This document shows, piece after piece, positions 21,212-30,561 of a DNA stretch of 64,000 nucleotides. A model generated the notes under the pieces. It saw only the letters and a program-made list of their open reading frames with translations. It did no database searches and had not been told where the DNA came from. Made by a program: the position numbers and the translations under genes. The stretch is from Vicinamibacterales bacterium (GTDB taxonomy: Bacteria > Acidobacteriota > Vicinamibacteria > Vicinamibacterales > UBA2999), in NCBI GenBank assembly GCA_050250955.1, contig JBFWNR010000004.1, positions 437,524 to 501,523 on the forward strand, written 5' to 3'. How positions within the stretch are numbered: position 1 is the first letter of the stretch; every line of letters starts with the position of its first letter.

Positions 21212-22113
21212 CAGATCTCCAGTGAGCGGCCGGTGAGTCGCGTGAACGCCTCGAGGTACTTCTCGCGGGTCCTTTCCACGACGTCGTCGGGCAGGGTCGG
21301 CACCGGCGGCTGCTTGTTCCAGCGAATCGACTCCAGGTAGTCGCGCACGTACTGCTTGTCGAAGCTCGGCTGCGGGCCGCCGGGGGCGTACTGGTCGGCC
21401 GGCCAGTAGCGCGACGAGTCCGGGGTCATCGCCTCGTCGATGAGCAGCAGGTCGCCGTCGTCGGCGAGGCCGAACTCGAACTTGGTGTCGGCGAGGATGA
21501 TGCCGCAGGCGGCGGCGTGGGCGACGCCGGCCGCGTAGAGCGCCATCGTGATCGCTTTGCAGCGCGCCAGCACGTCGTCGCCGACGATCGCCGCCGCCTC
21601 GTCCTCGCTGATGTTCAGGTCGTGGCCCGAGTCGGCCTTGGTCGCCGGCGTGAAGAGCGGCGTCGGCAACCGGTCCGATTCGCGCAGCCCGGCCGGCAGG
21701 GCGTGGCCGCACACCGCGCCCGTGGCCACGTAGTCCTTCCAGCCCGATCCCGACAGGTAGCCCCGCGCCACGCACTCGACCGGCAGCGGCGTCGTGCGCC
21801 GCACCAGCATGGCGCGGCCGCGCAGCTGCTCGCGATCGGCGGCGAGGGCGGCCGGGAACGTCGCGACATCGGTGCTGACGACGTGGTTGGGGGTGATCGC
21901 GGCGGTGCGGGCGAACCAGAACGCCGACAGCTGGGTGAGGACGCGGCCCTTGTCGGGAATGCCCGATCCGAGCACGTAGTCGAACGCCGAGATCCGGTCG
22001 GTGGCGACGATCAGCAGATCGTCGCCGACGGCGTAGAGGTCGCGCACCTTCCCCTGCCGCAGCCGCGGGACGCCAGACAGCGCAGATTCGATGAGGGGAG
22101 GGGCGACGCTCAC
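21211..22113 (-). CDS. purC: Phosphoribosylaminoimidazole-succinocarboxamide (SAICAR) synthase
   Basis: GKVRDLYAVGDDLLIVATDRISAFD, GIPDKGRVLTQLSAFWF, LPVECVARGYLSGSG and ILADTKFEFG motifs. GTG 22113 is preceded by GGAG with a 5-nt spacer. The track start, TTG 22167, falls in the predicted -35 box. Confidence 0.9.
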   Translation of the reverse strand: MSVAPPLIESALSGVPRLRQGKVRDLYAVGDDLLIVATDRISAFDYVLGSGIPDKGRVLTQLSAFWFARTAAITPNHVVSTDVATFPAALAADREQLRGRAMLVRRTTPLPVECVARGYLSGSGWKDYVATGAVCGHALPAGLRESDRLPTPLFTPATKADSGHDLNISEDEAAAIVGDDVLARCKAITMALYAAGVAHAAACGIILADTKFEFGLADDGDLLLIDEAMTPDSSRYWPADQYAPGGPQPSFDKQYVRDYLESIRWNKQPPVPTLPDDVVERTREKYLEAFTRLTGRSLEI

Positions 22114-22138
22114 GAGGACTCCGGCTCGGGGACCGCAA

Positions 22139-22167
22139 ATCGTAGCGATTCGGCCCGAGCGGCGCAA
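22139..22167 (-). promoter_or_regulatory. Candidate promoter TTGCGC-N17-TACGAT for purC-fis
   Basis: The reverse strand reads cTTGCGCcgctcgggccgaatcgcTACGATttgcgg. The predicted start site is about 19 nt upstream of GTG 22113. Confidence 0.4.
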
Positions 22168-22256
22168 GACCCGCCGCGGAGCGTCATGTAGTATGGACGC
22201 AGCCGGAGTGTGCCGCCCGCGCCGTCGGCGTCGGGCGCGCGTGGCCGGCGCCGTGC

Positions 22257-23282
22257 ATGCATTCCTGGATCCGCACCGCCGTCGTCACCGCGCTCGCCCT
22301 CGGCCTGCTGGCGCTGTTCCTGCGCAGCGCCGACCTCGACGAGGTCTGGCGCGTCATGCGCCAGGCGCGGCTGGGCCTGGTCGCCGCCGGCGTCGGCTGC
22401 CTGTTCTTCGGCTACGCCTGCCGCACCGCCCGCTGGCAGGTCATGCTCGCGCCGATCGGCCCGACGCGCTTCGCCGTCGCGCTGCGCGCCACCATCATCG
22501 GGTTCGCGGCCTCGTTCGTCCTTCCGGCGCGCGCTGGCGAGGTCATCCGGCCGTGGCTGCTGGCGCGTCGCGAAGGCCTGCCGGTGGCGGCCGCCGTCGC
22601 CACCATTCTGCTGGAGCGCGTGCTCGATCTGGTCACGGTGCTGATCCTGCTGTCGGTCTACTTCCTGGCGTTCGACCCCGGGCTGTCGGCGATGGACCCG
22701 ACGATGTACGCGGCGGTCCGCGGCGGCGCCATGCTGGCCGCGGTGGCGGCCGCCGTCGGCATGGGGGTGTTGTTGGCGTGCGCCGCCGATCCGGCGCGCC
22801 TGAGCCGGCTGGTGGCGTGGGCCACGGCGTGGCTGCCCGACGCCCCGCGCCGCCTCGTCACCGCGCTCTCGCACTCCTTCGCCGAGGGGTTGGCCGCGGT
22901 CCGCGACCCGCGCCACCTGGCGCTGGCCCTGCTGTGGTCGTTGCCGCTGTGGCTGTCCATCGCCGCGCAGATCTGGGTCGTCTCGGTGGCGCTCGGCGTC
23001 GTGCTGCCGGCCGCCGGGTCGCTGCTCGTCACGGCCTTGCTCGTCGTCGGGGTCGCGGTACCGACGCCCGGCGCGGTCGGCGGCTACCACGAGGCGTACC
23101 GCCTGGCGGTCACCTCGTTCTTCGCGATCGACAACGATCGCGCCGTCGCCGCCGCCATCGTCCTCCACGCCGTCGGCCTGGTACCGACCATCGTCGTCGG
23201 CGCCTGGATGATGGCCGTCGAAGGCCTGTCGGTCGGCAGTCTGGTGGCCGGGACGCGCGAGACCCAGGAGACGCAGCCGTGA
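22257..23282 (+). CDS. Flippase-like / lysylphosphatidylglycerol-synthase TM-region family membrane protein (UPF0104)
   Basis: 341 aa with about 8 TM helices and the family-typical N-terminus (...LRSADLDEVWRVMRQARLGLVAAGV...RWQVMLAPIG...SFVLPARAGEVIRPWLLAR). Confidence 0.7.
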   Translation: MHSWIRTAVVTALALGLLALFLRSADLDEVWRVMRQARLGLVAAGVGCLFFGYACRTARWQVMLAPIGPTRFAVALRATIIGFAASFVLPARAGEVIRPWLLARREGLPVAAAVATILLERVLDLVTVLILLSVYFLAFDPGLSAMDPTMYAAVRGGAMLAAVAAAVGMGVLLACAADPARLSRLVAWATAWLPDAPRRLVTALSHSFAEGLAAVRDPRHLALALLWSLPLWLSIAAQIWVVSVALGVVLPAAGSLLVTALLVVGVAVPTPGAVGGYHEAYRLAVTSFFAIDNDRAVAAAIVLHAVGLVPTIVVGAWMMAVEGLSVGSLVAGTRETQETQP

Positions 23283-23749
23283 AGTGCCCGTATTGCGGCG
23301 AACTCGGCGACAAGGTCGTGGACTCGCGCGAGAGCAAGGAAGGCGACGTCATCCGCCGCCGCCGGCAGTGTCTCAGCGCCGCCTGCGGCAAGCGGTTCAC
23401 CAGCTACGAACGGATCGACGAGATCCCGTACATGGTGGTCAAGAAGGACGGCACCCGCGAGCGCTTCGAGCGCCAGAAGCTGGTCGCCGGCCTGCTCAAG
23501 GCCTGCGAGAAGCGGCCGGTGTCGGTGGCGGCGATCGAGGCCATCGCCGACCGGGTCGAAGGGATGCTGCAGGATCGCGCCGAGAAGGAGATCAACACCA
23601 CCGAGGTCGGCGCCTTCGTCATGCAGGAGCTCAAGCAGCTCGACAAGGTCGCCTACGTGCGCTTCGCGTCGGTCTACCGCCACTTCCGCGACATCGGCGA
23701 GTTCATGAACGAGCTCAAGGACCTGCTCGGCGCCAAGGACAAGGAATAG
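23279..23749 (+). CDS. nrdR: Transcriptional repressor NrdR (zinc ribbon + ATP-cone)
   Basis: VKCPYCGELGDKVVDSRESKEGDVIRRRRQCLSAACGKRFTSYERIDE... followed by an ATP-cone (KRPVS..IEAIADRVE...YVRFASVYRHF). GTG 23279 overlaps the upstream stop (GTGA). Confidence 0.9.
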   Translation: MKCPYCGELGDKVVDSRESKEGDVIRRRRQCLSAACGKRFTSYERIDEIPYMVVKKDGTRERFERQKLVAGLLKACEKRPVSVAAIEAIADRVEGMLQDRAEKEINTTEVGAFVMQELKQLDKVAYVRFASVYRHFRDIGEFMNELKDLLGAKDKE

Positions 23750-23759
23750 CTCAGGGACC

Positions 23760-26024
23760 ATGGCGCTCTCGCGGAGTTCCGCCGTCGCCGCTCCCGGGGA
23801 GGTCGCCGTGCGGGGCGGCGCCGGACGGCGCCCGTTCCGCGACAACCCCCGCCTCATCCTGGTCGGCATCGCGCTGCTGCTGGCGGCGCTGGCCAGCCTG
23901 CTGTGGCTGGCCGACCGGTCGGCGCGGCTGTCGCCCGACTTCCTGACCGGCTTCGTGCTCTACGCGCTGAGCGCGACCAACCTGATGATGCTGCTGGCCC
24001 TGGGATTCTTCCTGGTCCGCAACGTCGTCAAGCTGGTCGTCGAGCGGCGGCGGGCGCTGCCGTTCGCGCGGTTTCGCGCCAAGCTGGTCGCGCTGCTGTT
24101 CGGCTTGACGCTGGTGCCGGCGGTGCTCGTCCTTGCGGTGGGGTCGCAGGTGGTCCTCACCGCCGTGGACCGCTGGTTCAACGCGCCGATGGACGAGGTG
24201 CTGACGTCGGCCAGCGCCATCGCTTCCGACTACATCCTCGAGCGGCGGCGCGTCGTGAACGACGAGGTGGCCCGACTGGCCGCGGCGCTGGCGCGGGTCG
24301 ATCTCGGCAGTGATGTCGAGGCGGTGCGCCGGGTGATCGCCCCCGACGTCGCCGAACGGCGCATCGGGCTGGTGCAGGTCTACCGCGTCGCCGCCACGCC
24401 GGGCGCGTCGGTGCAGTCGGTGGTCGACGTCGCGGCGCCCGACGTGCCGACCGGCCTCGCCCGCGCGGGCGCCGACCGTCTCGCCGCGCTGCAGGTCGGC
24501 GGCTCGGCCGACGACTTCCTGCTCGAGCCGATTCCCGGCGGCAGCGGCGGCCAGTTCCTGCGCGTCGCCCGTGCCATTCGCGCCCCCGACGGCCGACTGA
24601 CCGGCGTCATCATCGCCAGCGACGTCCTCACCGGCGACATGGCCGAGAAGGCCCGTCGGGTGACCCTGGCCTTCGAGAACTACTCGCAGCTCCGGGTCCT
24701 GAAATGGCCGCTGGCCGGCGTCTACCTGTCGTTCTTCGTGATGCTGACGCTGCTCATCCTCGGCGGCTCGACCTGGATGGGGCTCTACCTGGCCAAGCGG
24801 ATCACCAGGCCGGTGCAGATGCTGTCGGCGGCGGCGCGCGAGATCGGCGCCGGCCGGCTCGAGCACCGCATCGAGCACCAGGCCGACGACGAGTTCGGTC
24901 ACATGGTCGAGTCGTTCAACGCCATGGCCGCCGATCTGTCGGCCCGGCAGCGATCGCTCGAGCGCACCGCGCTCGAACTCGAGCAGCGGCACCACGAGGT
25001 CGAGCGCCGCCATCGCTCGGTCGAGACCATCCTCGAGCGGATTGCCACCGGCGTCGTCTCGATCGACGCCCACGGCGTGGTCGGCCGGGTCAACTCGGCG
25101 GCGGCGCGACTGCTGGGACTGGGCAGCCAGGCCGAAGGCCGGCCGCTGGACGACGTGCTGGGGAGCGAGTTCGCGGCGGTGAAGGCCCTGGTGCGCGACG
25201 CGGCCCGGGCCCGTGGCGAATCGGTCGCCCAGGAAGTGGCGGTGGCCCGCGACGGGCGGGAGATGACCCTCGCCGCGGCGGCGACCCGGCTGCACGGCGC
25301 GGCCGGGTTCGAGGGCACGGTGCTGGTGCTCGACGACGTCACCCCGCTCATCCGGGCGCAGAAGGTGGCGGCGTGGCGCGAAGTGGCCCGCCGGCTCGCC
25401 CACGAGATCAAGAATCCGCTGACGCCGATCCAGCTGTCGGCCGAGCGCCTGCAGCGCAAGCTCGGCGAGGCGGCGCCCCACGCCGAACTGGTGCGCGAGT
25501 GCACGACGACGATCATCGGCGAGGTCGAGTCGCTGAAGGGCCTGGTCGACGAGTTCTCGCAGTTCGCGCGGATGCCGGCGCCGCGCGCCGTGCCGACGGC
25601 GCTCAACGAGGTGTTGGCCGACGCGCTGGCCCTCTACGACGGCCTGTTCGCCCACGTCACGGTCACCCGGCGGCTGGCCGCCGGCCTGCCGCCGGTTCGC
25701 CTCGACGCCGAGCAGTTCAAGCGCGTGGTCATCAACCTGGTGGACAACGCCATCGAGGCCATGGACCAGCACGGCACGATCGTCGTCGAAACCGCCGCCG
25801 ACGCCGCCCACGCCCTGGTCCGCGTGGTCGTCGCCGACGACGGCCCGGGGATTCCGCCCGGCGAGCGCGACAAGTTGTTCCTGCCCTACTACTCGACCAA
25901 GCGCCGCGGGTCCGGGCTCGGCCTGGCCATCGTCCGCCGCATCGTCGCCGAACACGGCGGCAACGTCGAAGTGACGGACAATGCTCCCCGGGGCACGCGG
26001 TTCACCATCGAGTTGCCCTGCTGA
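23760..26024 (+). CDS. NtrY-like sensor histidine kinase (multi-TM, HAMP, PAS, HisKA, HATPase)
   Basis: 754 aa with N-terminal TM bundle, HAMP (LAKRITRPVQMLSAAAREIGAGRLEHRIE), PAS region, H-box HEIKNPLTPIQLSAERL, N-box VINLVDNAIEA and G-boxes DDGPGIP / GSGLGLAIVRRIV. Confidence 0.85.
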   Translation: MALSRSSAVAAPGEVAVRGGAGRRPFRDNPRLILVGIALLLAALASLLWLADRSARLSPDFLTGFVLYALSATNLMMLLALGFFLVRNVVKLVVERRRALPFARFRAKLVALLFGLTLVPAVLVLAVGSQVVLTAVDRWFNAPMDEVLTSASAIASDYILERRRVVNDEVARLAAALARVDLGSDVEAVRRVIAPDVAERRIGLVQVYRVAATPGASVQSVVDVAAPDVPTGLARAGADRLAALQVGGSADDFLLEPIPGGSGGQFLRVARAIRAPDGRLTGVIIASDVLTGDMAEKARRVTLAFENYSQLRVLKWPLAGVYLSFFVMLTLLILGGSTWMGLYLAKRITRPVQMLSAAAREIGAGRLEHRIEHQADDEFGHMVESFNAMAADLSARQRSLERTALELEQRHHEVERRHRSVETILERIATGVVSIDAHGVVGRVNSAAARLLGLGSQAEGRPLDDVLGSEFAAVKALVRDAARARGESVAQEVAVARDGREMTLAAAATRLHGAAGFEGTVLVLDDVTPLIRAQKVAAWREVARRLAHEIKNPLTPIQLSAERLQRKLGEAAPHAELVRECTTTIIGEVESLKGLVDEFSQFARMPAPRAVPTALNEVLADALALYDGLFAHVTVTRRLAAGLPPVRLDAEQFKRVVINLVDNAIEAMDQHGTIVVETAADAAHALVRVVVADDGPGIPPGERDKLFLPYYSTKRRGSGLGLAIVRRIVAEHGGNVEVTDNAPRGTRFTIELPC

Positions 26025-26035
26025 TCGCCGCCGCC

Positions 26036-27415
26036 ATGCCCGCCATCCTGATCGTCGACGACGAACCCGGCGTGCGCGCCGCCCTCGGCGGCGTGCTGCG
26101 CGACGAGGGCTACGCGGTCGACACCGCCGAATCGGGGGAAGCCTGCCTCGAGCGGGTCGTCGGCGACCCCTACGACGTGATCCTGCTCGACGTCTGGATG
26201 CCGGGCATCGACGGGCTCGAGACCCTGCAGCGGCTGCGCGAGCGTCACGTCGACGCCGAGGTGGTGGTCATCTCCGGCCACGGCAACGTCGAGTCGGCGG
26301 TGCGGGCGATCAAACTGGGCGCGTTCGACTTCGTCGAGAAGCCGCTGTCGCTGGACAAGGCGGTGCTGGTGGTCCGCCATGCGCTGCGTCAGCGGGCGCT
26401 CGAAGCCGAGAACCGCGATCTGCGCGCCCAGGTGGATCGGCGCCACACCCTCATCGGCGACAGTCCGGTGATGCGCACGCTGCGCGAGCAGGTGCTGCTG
26501 GCGGCGCCGACCAACGGCCGTGTGCTCATCCTCGGCGAGAACGGCACCGGCAAGGAGGTCGTGGCGCGCACCGTCCATGCGCACTCGCGGCGTCGCCTCG
26601 GCCCGTTCGTCGACGTCAACTGCGCGGCGATTCCCGAGGAGCTGATCGAGTCGGAGCTCTTCGGACACGCGCGCGGCGCCTTCACCGGAGCGGTGGCCGA
26701 TCGGCGCGGCCGCTTCGAGCACGCCAGCGGCGGCACGATCTTCCTCGACGAAATCGGCGACATGAGCCTCAAGACGCAGGCCAAGGTGCTGCGGGCCCTG
26801 CAGGAGCAGGTCGTCCAGCCGGTCGGCGGCACGGCGACCGTGAAGGTCGACGTCCGGGTCGTGGCCGCCACCAACAAGGATTTGCAGGACGAGATCCGCG
26901 CCGGCCGCTTCCGCGAAGATCTCTACTTCCGGCTCAACGTCGTGCCGATCTTCGTGCCGCCGCTGCGCGATCGAGTCGACGACGTGCCGCGGCTGGCCGA
27001 GCACTTCATGGCCACCCTGGCCGGCGAGTACGGCCGGCGCGTCAAGCGCTTCGCGCCCGACGCGATGCTGCACCTGCAGCGCCACGCCTGGCCGGGCAAC
27101 GTGCGCGAGCTGCACAACGTGGTCGAGCGGCTGCTGATCATGGTCGGCGGCGACGTCATCACCGTGCAGGACGTCGCCTTCGTCGGCGACGCACCGGGCG
27201 CCGATCCCGGGCCGACCGCCGGCGCCGCCGGCGGGGCGATCGCGCCCCTGGCCGATGCCCGCGACCGCTTCGAGCGCGACTACATCCTGCACGTGCTCGC
27301 TGCGCACCAGGGCAACATCTCGCGGACCGCCGACGCGCTCGGGGTCGAGCGCAGCAATCTCTACAAGAAGATGCGCGCGTTCGGCATCGCGCCGTCGCGT
27401 CGCGACGCCGACTGA
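26036..27415 (+). CDS. Sigma-54-dependent response regulator (REC, AAA+, Fis HTH)
   Basis: REC ([11 protein letters not shown]...[11 protein letters not shown]), Walker [10 protein letters not shown], intact GAFTGA loop, [20 protein letters not shown], and C-terminal HTH ([26 protein letters not shown]). ATG 26036, 12 nt after the kinase stop. Confidence 0.9.
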   Translation: MPAILIVDDEPGVRAALGGVLRDEGYAVDTAESGEACLERVVGDPYDVILLDVWMPGIDGLETLQRLRERHVDAEVVVISGHGNVESAVRAIKLGAFDFVEKPLSLDKAVLVVRHALRQRALEAENRDLRAQVDRRHTLIGDSPVMRTLREQVLLAAPTNGRVLILGENGTGKEVVARTVHAHSRRRLGPFVDVNCAAIPEELIESELFGHARGAFTGAVADRRGRFEHASGGTIFLDEIGDMSLKTQAKVLRALQEQVVQPVGGTATVKVDVRVVAATNKDLQDEIRAGRFREDLYFRLNVVPIFVPPLRDRVDDVPRLAEHFMATLAGEYGRRVKRFAPDAMLHLQRHAWPGNVRELHNVVERLLIMVGGDVITVQDVAFVGDAPGADPGPTAGAAGGAIAPLADARDRFERDYILHVLAAHQGNISRTADALGVERSNLYKKMRAFGIAPSRRDAD

Positions 27416-27452
27416 GCCTGGCAGGCGGAGCCGCGGCCGCGACGTCCAGGTG

Positions 27453-28349
27453 CTAGTCGTCGCGGAGGCGCGCTTCCAGCACCTGACCCGGCCGGAACCC
27501 GGCCAGCTGCAGGTAGTACTCGGCGGTGTCGACCAGGGCGGCCGCCGGCACCAGGCCGACCACCTCGCTCTCCAGCACGGCGACGCCGTAGCGGGCCGCC
27601 TCACGCTTGACGGTTTCGAAGACCCGGAAGATCGGCGTCTTCTCGAAGTTGGTGAGATTCATCGAGACCTGGACCAGGCCGCGGTCCTCGAGCGCCAGGC
27701 CCATGGCCTTCACGTAGCGGTAGCCGCCCGAGCTCATCCGCACCGCCGCGGCGATCCGCTTGGCGACGTCGAGCCGGTCGGTGGCCAGGTTGATGTTGTA
27801 GGCGATGAGCGGCATGCGGGCGCCGATCACGGTGGCGCCGGCGCTGGCGTGCGGCCGGGCCGGTCCGAAGTCGGGCGCCCAGGCCGGGTCCTGCAGCTTG
27901 GCGGCCAGTCCCTCGAATTCGCCGCGGCGGATGTCCTCGAGGTTGCGGCGGGCCGGGGAGGCGGCGGCCTCTTCGTAGAGGAACACCGGCAGCGCGAAGC
28001 GGTCCGCGACGGCGCGGCCGACGTCCTTCGCCAGCGCGACGCAGTCGGCCATAGTCGCGCCGGCAATCGGCACGAACGGCACCACGTCCACGGCGCCGAG
28101 CCGCGGATGCTCACCGGCGTGCCGGCGCAGGTCGAGCCGGCCGATCGAGGCATCGAACAGCGCCAGGACCGCGGCGCGCAGCGGTGCGGCGTCGCCGGCG
28201 AAGGTCAGCACCGAGCGATGGTGGGTCGCATCGGACTGGACGTCGAGCACGCGGATGCCCGGCACCGCCCGGACGGCGTCGGCGATGGCATCGACGGCGC
28301 TGGCGTCCCGCCCTTCGCTGATGTTGGGCACACACTCGATGATGGCCAT
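27453..28349 (-). CDS. Glutamate formimidoyltransferase (FtcD N-terminal-type, stand-alone)
   Basis: 298 aa with the hallmark N-terminus MAIIECVPNISEGRD and ...HHRSVLTFAG..., GARMPLIAYNINL and VQVSMNLTNF motifs. Confidence 0.85.
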   Translation of the reverse strand: MAIIECVPNISEGRDASAVDAIADAVRAVPGIRVLDVQSDATHHRSVLTFAGDAAPLRAAVLALFDASIGRLDLRRHAGEHPRLGAVDVVPFVPIAGATMADCVALAKDVGRAVADRFALPVFLYEEAAASPARRNLEDIRRGEFEGLAAKLQDPAWAPDFGPARPHASAGATVIGARMPLIAYNINLATDRLDVAKRIAAAVRMSSGGYRYVKAMGLALEDRGLVQVSMNLTNFEKTPIFRVFETVKREAARYGVAVLESEVVGLVPAAALVDTAEYYLQLAGFRPGQVLEARLRDD

Positions 28350-28389
28350 GCGGCGAGGGTTGTACCACAGCCGTGACGCCGACGGTAAG

Positions 28390-28398
28390 TGCTATACT
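28390..28398 (+). promoter_or_regulatory. Extended -10 element TGCTATACT
   Basis: aaGTGCTATACTcgcggg, 17 nt upstream of ATG 28416. It shares the GTGCTA core with the tatA and tRNA-Ala elements. It overlaps the GTG (28389) that the ORF track uses as start, which argues for ATG 28416. Confidence 0.4.
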
Positions 28399-28415
28399 CG
28401 CGGGCACTTGCAGGC

Positions 28416-29213
28416 ATGACGGAACCGACGCCAGGGGCGGAGCAGAGGCCCGAGATCCTGTCGGACGTCGAGCGGCAGACCCGCATCGAGCAGCTGCTCG
28501 TGTCGGGGCTGGACGAGTACTTCGCCGGCCGTCTCGACCACGCCATCAACGTCTGGACACGGGTGCTGTTCCTCGACCGCGCCAACGACCGCGCCCGCGC
28601 CTACATCGACCGGGCGCGCCGCGCCCAGGCCGAGAGCCAGCGCGAGACCGAGGCGCTGCTGCACCAGGGCCTGCAGGCCTTCGACGCCGGCGAGGTCGAC
28701 CGGGCACGGGCGCTGCTGACGACCGCGCTCGAACGCGGCGCCGCCCACGAACAGGCTCTGCCGGTGCTGCATCGCATCGGCCTGCTGGCGGCGCCGCCGG
28801 TCCCGGACCCGCCGGCGCGACGCCGGCGGTGGCGCCGCCCGGCGCGGCCCTCCACCGCGCTGGCCGGGCGGCCGTGGCGCTGGCCGCTGGCGGCGGCGCT
28901 CCTGTGCATGAGCGCCGCCGGGCTCTGGATCGTCGTCGCGCCGGAAGCCGATGGCCGCATCGCCGCGGCCCCGGTCGTCGATCCCGTCACGGCGGTACTG
29001 CCCGTGCCCGGCGCGTCCGATGCGCACCTGGCCCGCGCGGAGCAGCTGTTCGCGGTCGGCAAGCTGCCCGATGCCCTGGCCGCACTCGATCGGGTCTCGC
29101 CCGGTGACGACGCGTATCCGACGGCCCAGGCGCTGCGGGCGCGGATCCAGCGGGCGCTGCTGCAAGCCGCCGCCGCCGGGCGCAGCGGGGCCGCGGAGCG
29201 CGGTCTGCCGTGA
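28416..29213 (+). CDS. Hypothetical membrane protein with TPR-like helical N- and C-terminal regions
   Basis: Helical repeat-like N-terminus (LDEYFAGRLDHAINVWTRVLFLDRANDRARAYIDRARR), Arg-rich linker, one TM (WPLAAALLCMSAAGLWIVV), and a C-terminal TPR-like segment. Good GC3. No specific family recognised. Confidence 0.6.
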   Translation: MTEPTPGAEQRPEILSDVERQTRIEQLLVSGLDEYFAGRLDHAINVWTRVLFLDRANDRARAYIDRARRAQAESQRETEALLHQGLQAFDAGEVDRARALLTTALERGAAHEQALPVLHRIGLLAAPPVPDPPARRRRWRRPARPSTALAGRPWRWPLAAALLCMSAAGLWIVVAPEADGRIAAAPVVDPVTAVLPVPGASDAHLARAEQLFAVGKLPDALAALDRVSPGDDAYPTAQALRARIQRALLQAAAAGRSGAAERGLP

Positions 29214-30085
29214 AGTGCCCCAAGTGCGGCTACGTCGGATTCGAGGAGACGCCGCGATGTCGCCACTGCGGCTACGAATTCGCCCTGGCGACGCCGCTCG
29301 GCGCGCCGATCGGTCCGGCCCGGACGATGGGGCCGTCGTCCGGCGACGACGCGGGCAGTCTCGTCGACGAGTTCTTCGCAGCGCCGAAGGGCGGCGAGAC
29401 GCCGGCGCTCGATCGTCTCGGCTTCGTCGATCTCCAGACCGACGCACCGGCCGAACCCGCGCCGCTGGCCGACCTCCCGCTCGCCGACCCGCCACCGTCC
29501 GATCTCTTCGCGTCGCCACCGCCGGCCCGGCCACCGCTCGCAGTACGGCGGACCGCCGAGCGCCCGCGAAGCCGCCCGGCGACGCAAATCGTCCGGCGGT
29601 CGCCGGCGGGCCTGCTCGACGTCGAGGTGTCCCCCCCGGAGGCGTCACCGGCCGAGCCGGTCGCGGTGACCAGCACGGGGGCGGCGTCAATCCCGGCCCG
29701 GCTCGGCGCCGGCCTGATCGACGTGGCGCTGCTGGCCGGCATCGCGCTGGTGGTGGTCTATTTCACGGTGCGACTGGCCGGGTTGACGATGGCCGAGGTC
29801 GGGTCGTTGCCCCTGCCGCCGCTGGCCGCGTTCCTGCTCGGCCTGGCCGTGGCGTACCTGGCGGCGTTCACCGCGTGCGGCGGGCAGACGCTGGGCAAGA
29901 TGGCCGCCGGCCTTCGCGTCGTCGCCGAAGACGGCGCGGTGCCGCCCGGCACGGCCGCGCTGCGCGCGGTCGCGGCGCTGGCCGGCGGGGCCCTGGCCGG
30001 GCTGGGATTCCTGCCGGCGCTCTTCGACGCCGAGCACCGCGGCGTGCACGACCGCCTCACCGGCACTCGGGTCGTTCGCGGCTAG
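29210..30085 (+). CDS. RDD-family membrane protein with N-terminal zinc ribbon
   Basis: VKCPKCGYVGFEETPRCRHCGYEF (CxxC...CxxC), a Pro-rich linker, then the RDD domain (RLGAGLIDVALL...GQTLGKMAAGLRVV...HRGVHDRLTGTRVV). GTG overlaps the upstream stop (GTGA). Confidence 0.75.
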   Translation: MKCPKCGYVGFEETPRCRHCGYEFALATPLGAPIGPARTMGPSSGDDAGSLVDEFFAAPKGGETPALDRLGFVDLQTDAPAEPAPLADLPLADPPPSDLFASPPPARPPLAVRRTAERPRSRPATQIVRRSPAGLLDVEVSPPEASPAEPVAVTSTGAASIPARLGAGLIDVALLAGIALVVVYFTVRLAGLTMAEVGSLPLPPLAAFLLGLAVAYLAAFTACGGQTLGKMAAGLRVVAEDGAVPPGTAALRAVAALAGGALAGLGFLPALFDAEHRGVHDRLTGTRVVRG

Positions 30086-30093
30086 CCGATACC

Positions 30094-30561
30094 GTGCGCC
30101 GTCTTGCGACCGCCATCGCCACCGCCGGATACGTCGGCTGGTTCCCGGTCGCCCCCGGCACCGTGGGATCGATCGTCGGGCTCGCGTGGTGGGCGGCGGT
30201 GCGGTTCGCCGGCAGCGGCCCCGTCGGGGAACTGATCGGCGTCGCGGCCTTGCTCGTCGTCGGGGCGTGGTCGGCCACCGAGACGGAGCGGGCGCTGGGC
30301 ACGACCGACCCGGGGCCGGTGGTGATCGACGAGGTGATGGGGATGGCGCTGACCCTGGTCGCCGCGCCGCTGTCGTGGCCGGTCGCGATCCTCGGCTTCG
30401 GGCTCTTCCGCGTCTTCGACATCGTCAAGCCGCCGCCGGCGCGCGCCCTCGAGCGGCTGCACGGCGGCTGGGGCATCATGGCCGACGACGTCGCCGCCGG
30501 CGTCTACGCCTGGGCGGCGCTGCAGGCCGCGATCTGGCTGCTCCCGGAGTGGCTGGGATGA
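30094..30561 (+). CDS. pgpA: Phosphatidylglycerophosphatase A
   Basis: IATAGYVGWFPVAPGTVGS...DPGPVVIDEVMGM...FRVFDIVKPPP...GGWGIMADDVAAGVYA. In-frame GTG at 30094. Confidence 0.85.
   Translation: MRRLATAIATAGYVGWFPVAPGTVGSIVGLAWWAAVRFAGSGPVGELIGVAALLVVGAWSATETERALGTTDPGPVVIDEVMGMALTLVAAPLSWPVAILGFGLFRVFDIVKPPPARALERLHGGWGIMADDVAAGVYAWAALQAAIWLLPEWLG

Noticed and set aside
23276-23302. A 14-nt identity (GCCGTGAAGTGCCC, followed by ..TGCGGC) shared with 29207-29233, which might look like a dispersed repeat.
   Set aside because: Both copies encode the same zinc-ribbon N-terminus (VKCPxCG) with a GTGA overlap onto the upstream stop. The identity is explained by the coding constraint and codon bias.
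23751-25955. A 734-aa minus-strand ORF. Similar long antisense or out-of-frame ORFs include 898..1998, 5986..7362, 7185..8876, 19042..21087, 25889..27604, 31191..33047, 41691..43715, 44635..46287, 52058..53605, 58431..60110, 60052..62217 and 61781..63976.
   Set aside because: Each overlaps a gene with clear family motifs on the other strand or in another frame. All have Arg/Pro/Gly-dominated composition and the wrong codon-position GC pattern. I treat them as GC-driven artefacts, not overlapping genes.
26036-27415. A search for sigma-54 promoters (TGGCAC-N5-TTGC) that the GAFTGA-containing activator could control.
   Set aside because: The TGGCAC strings I found (for example near 6350, 10021, 41420, 48630 and the reverse strand near 61910) lie inside coding regions and lack a proper -12 TTGC element. 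No convincing site is present in this window.
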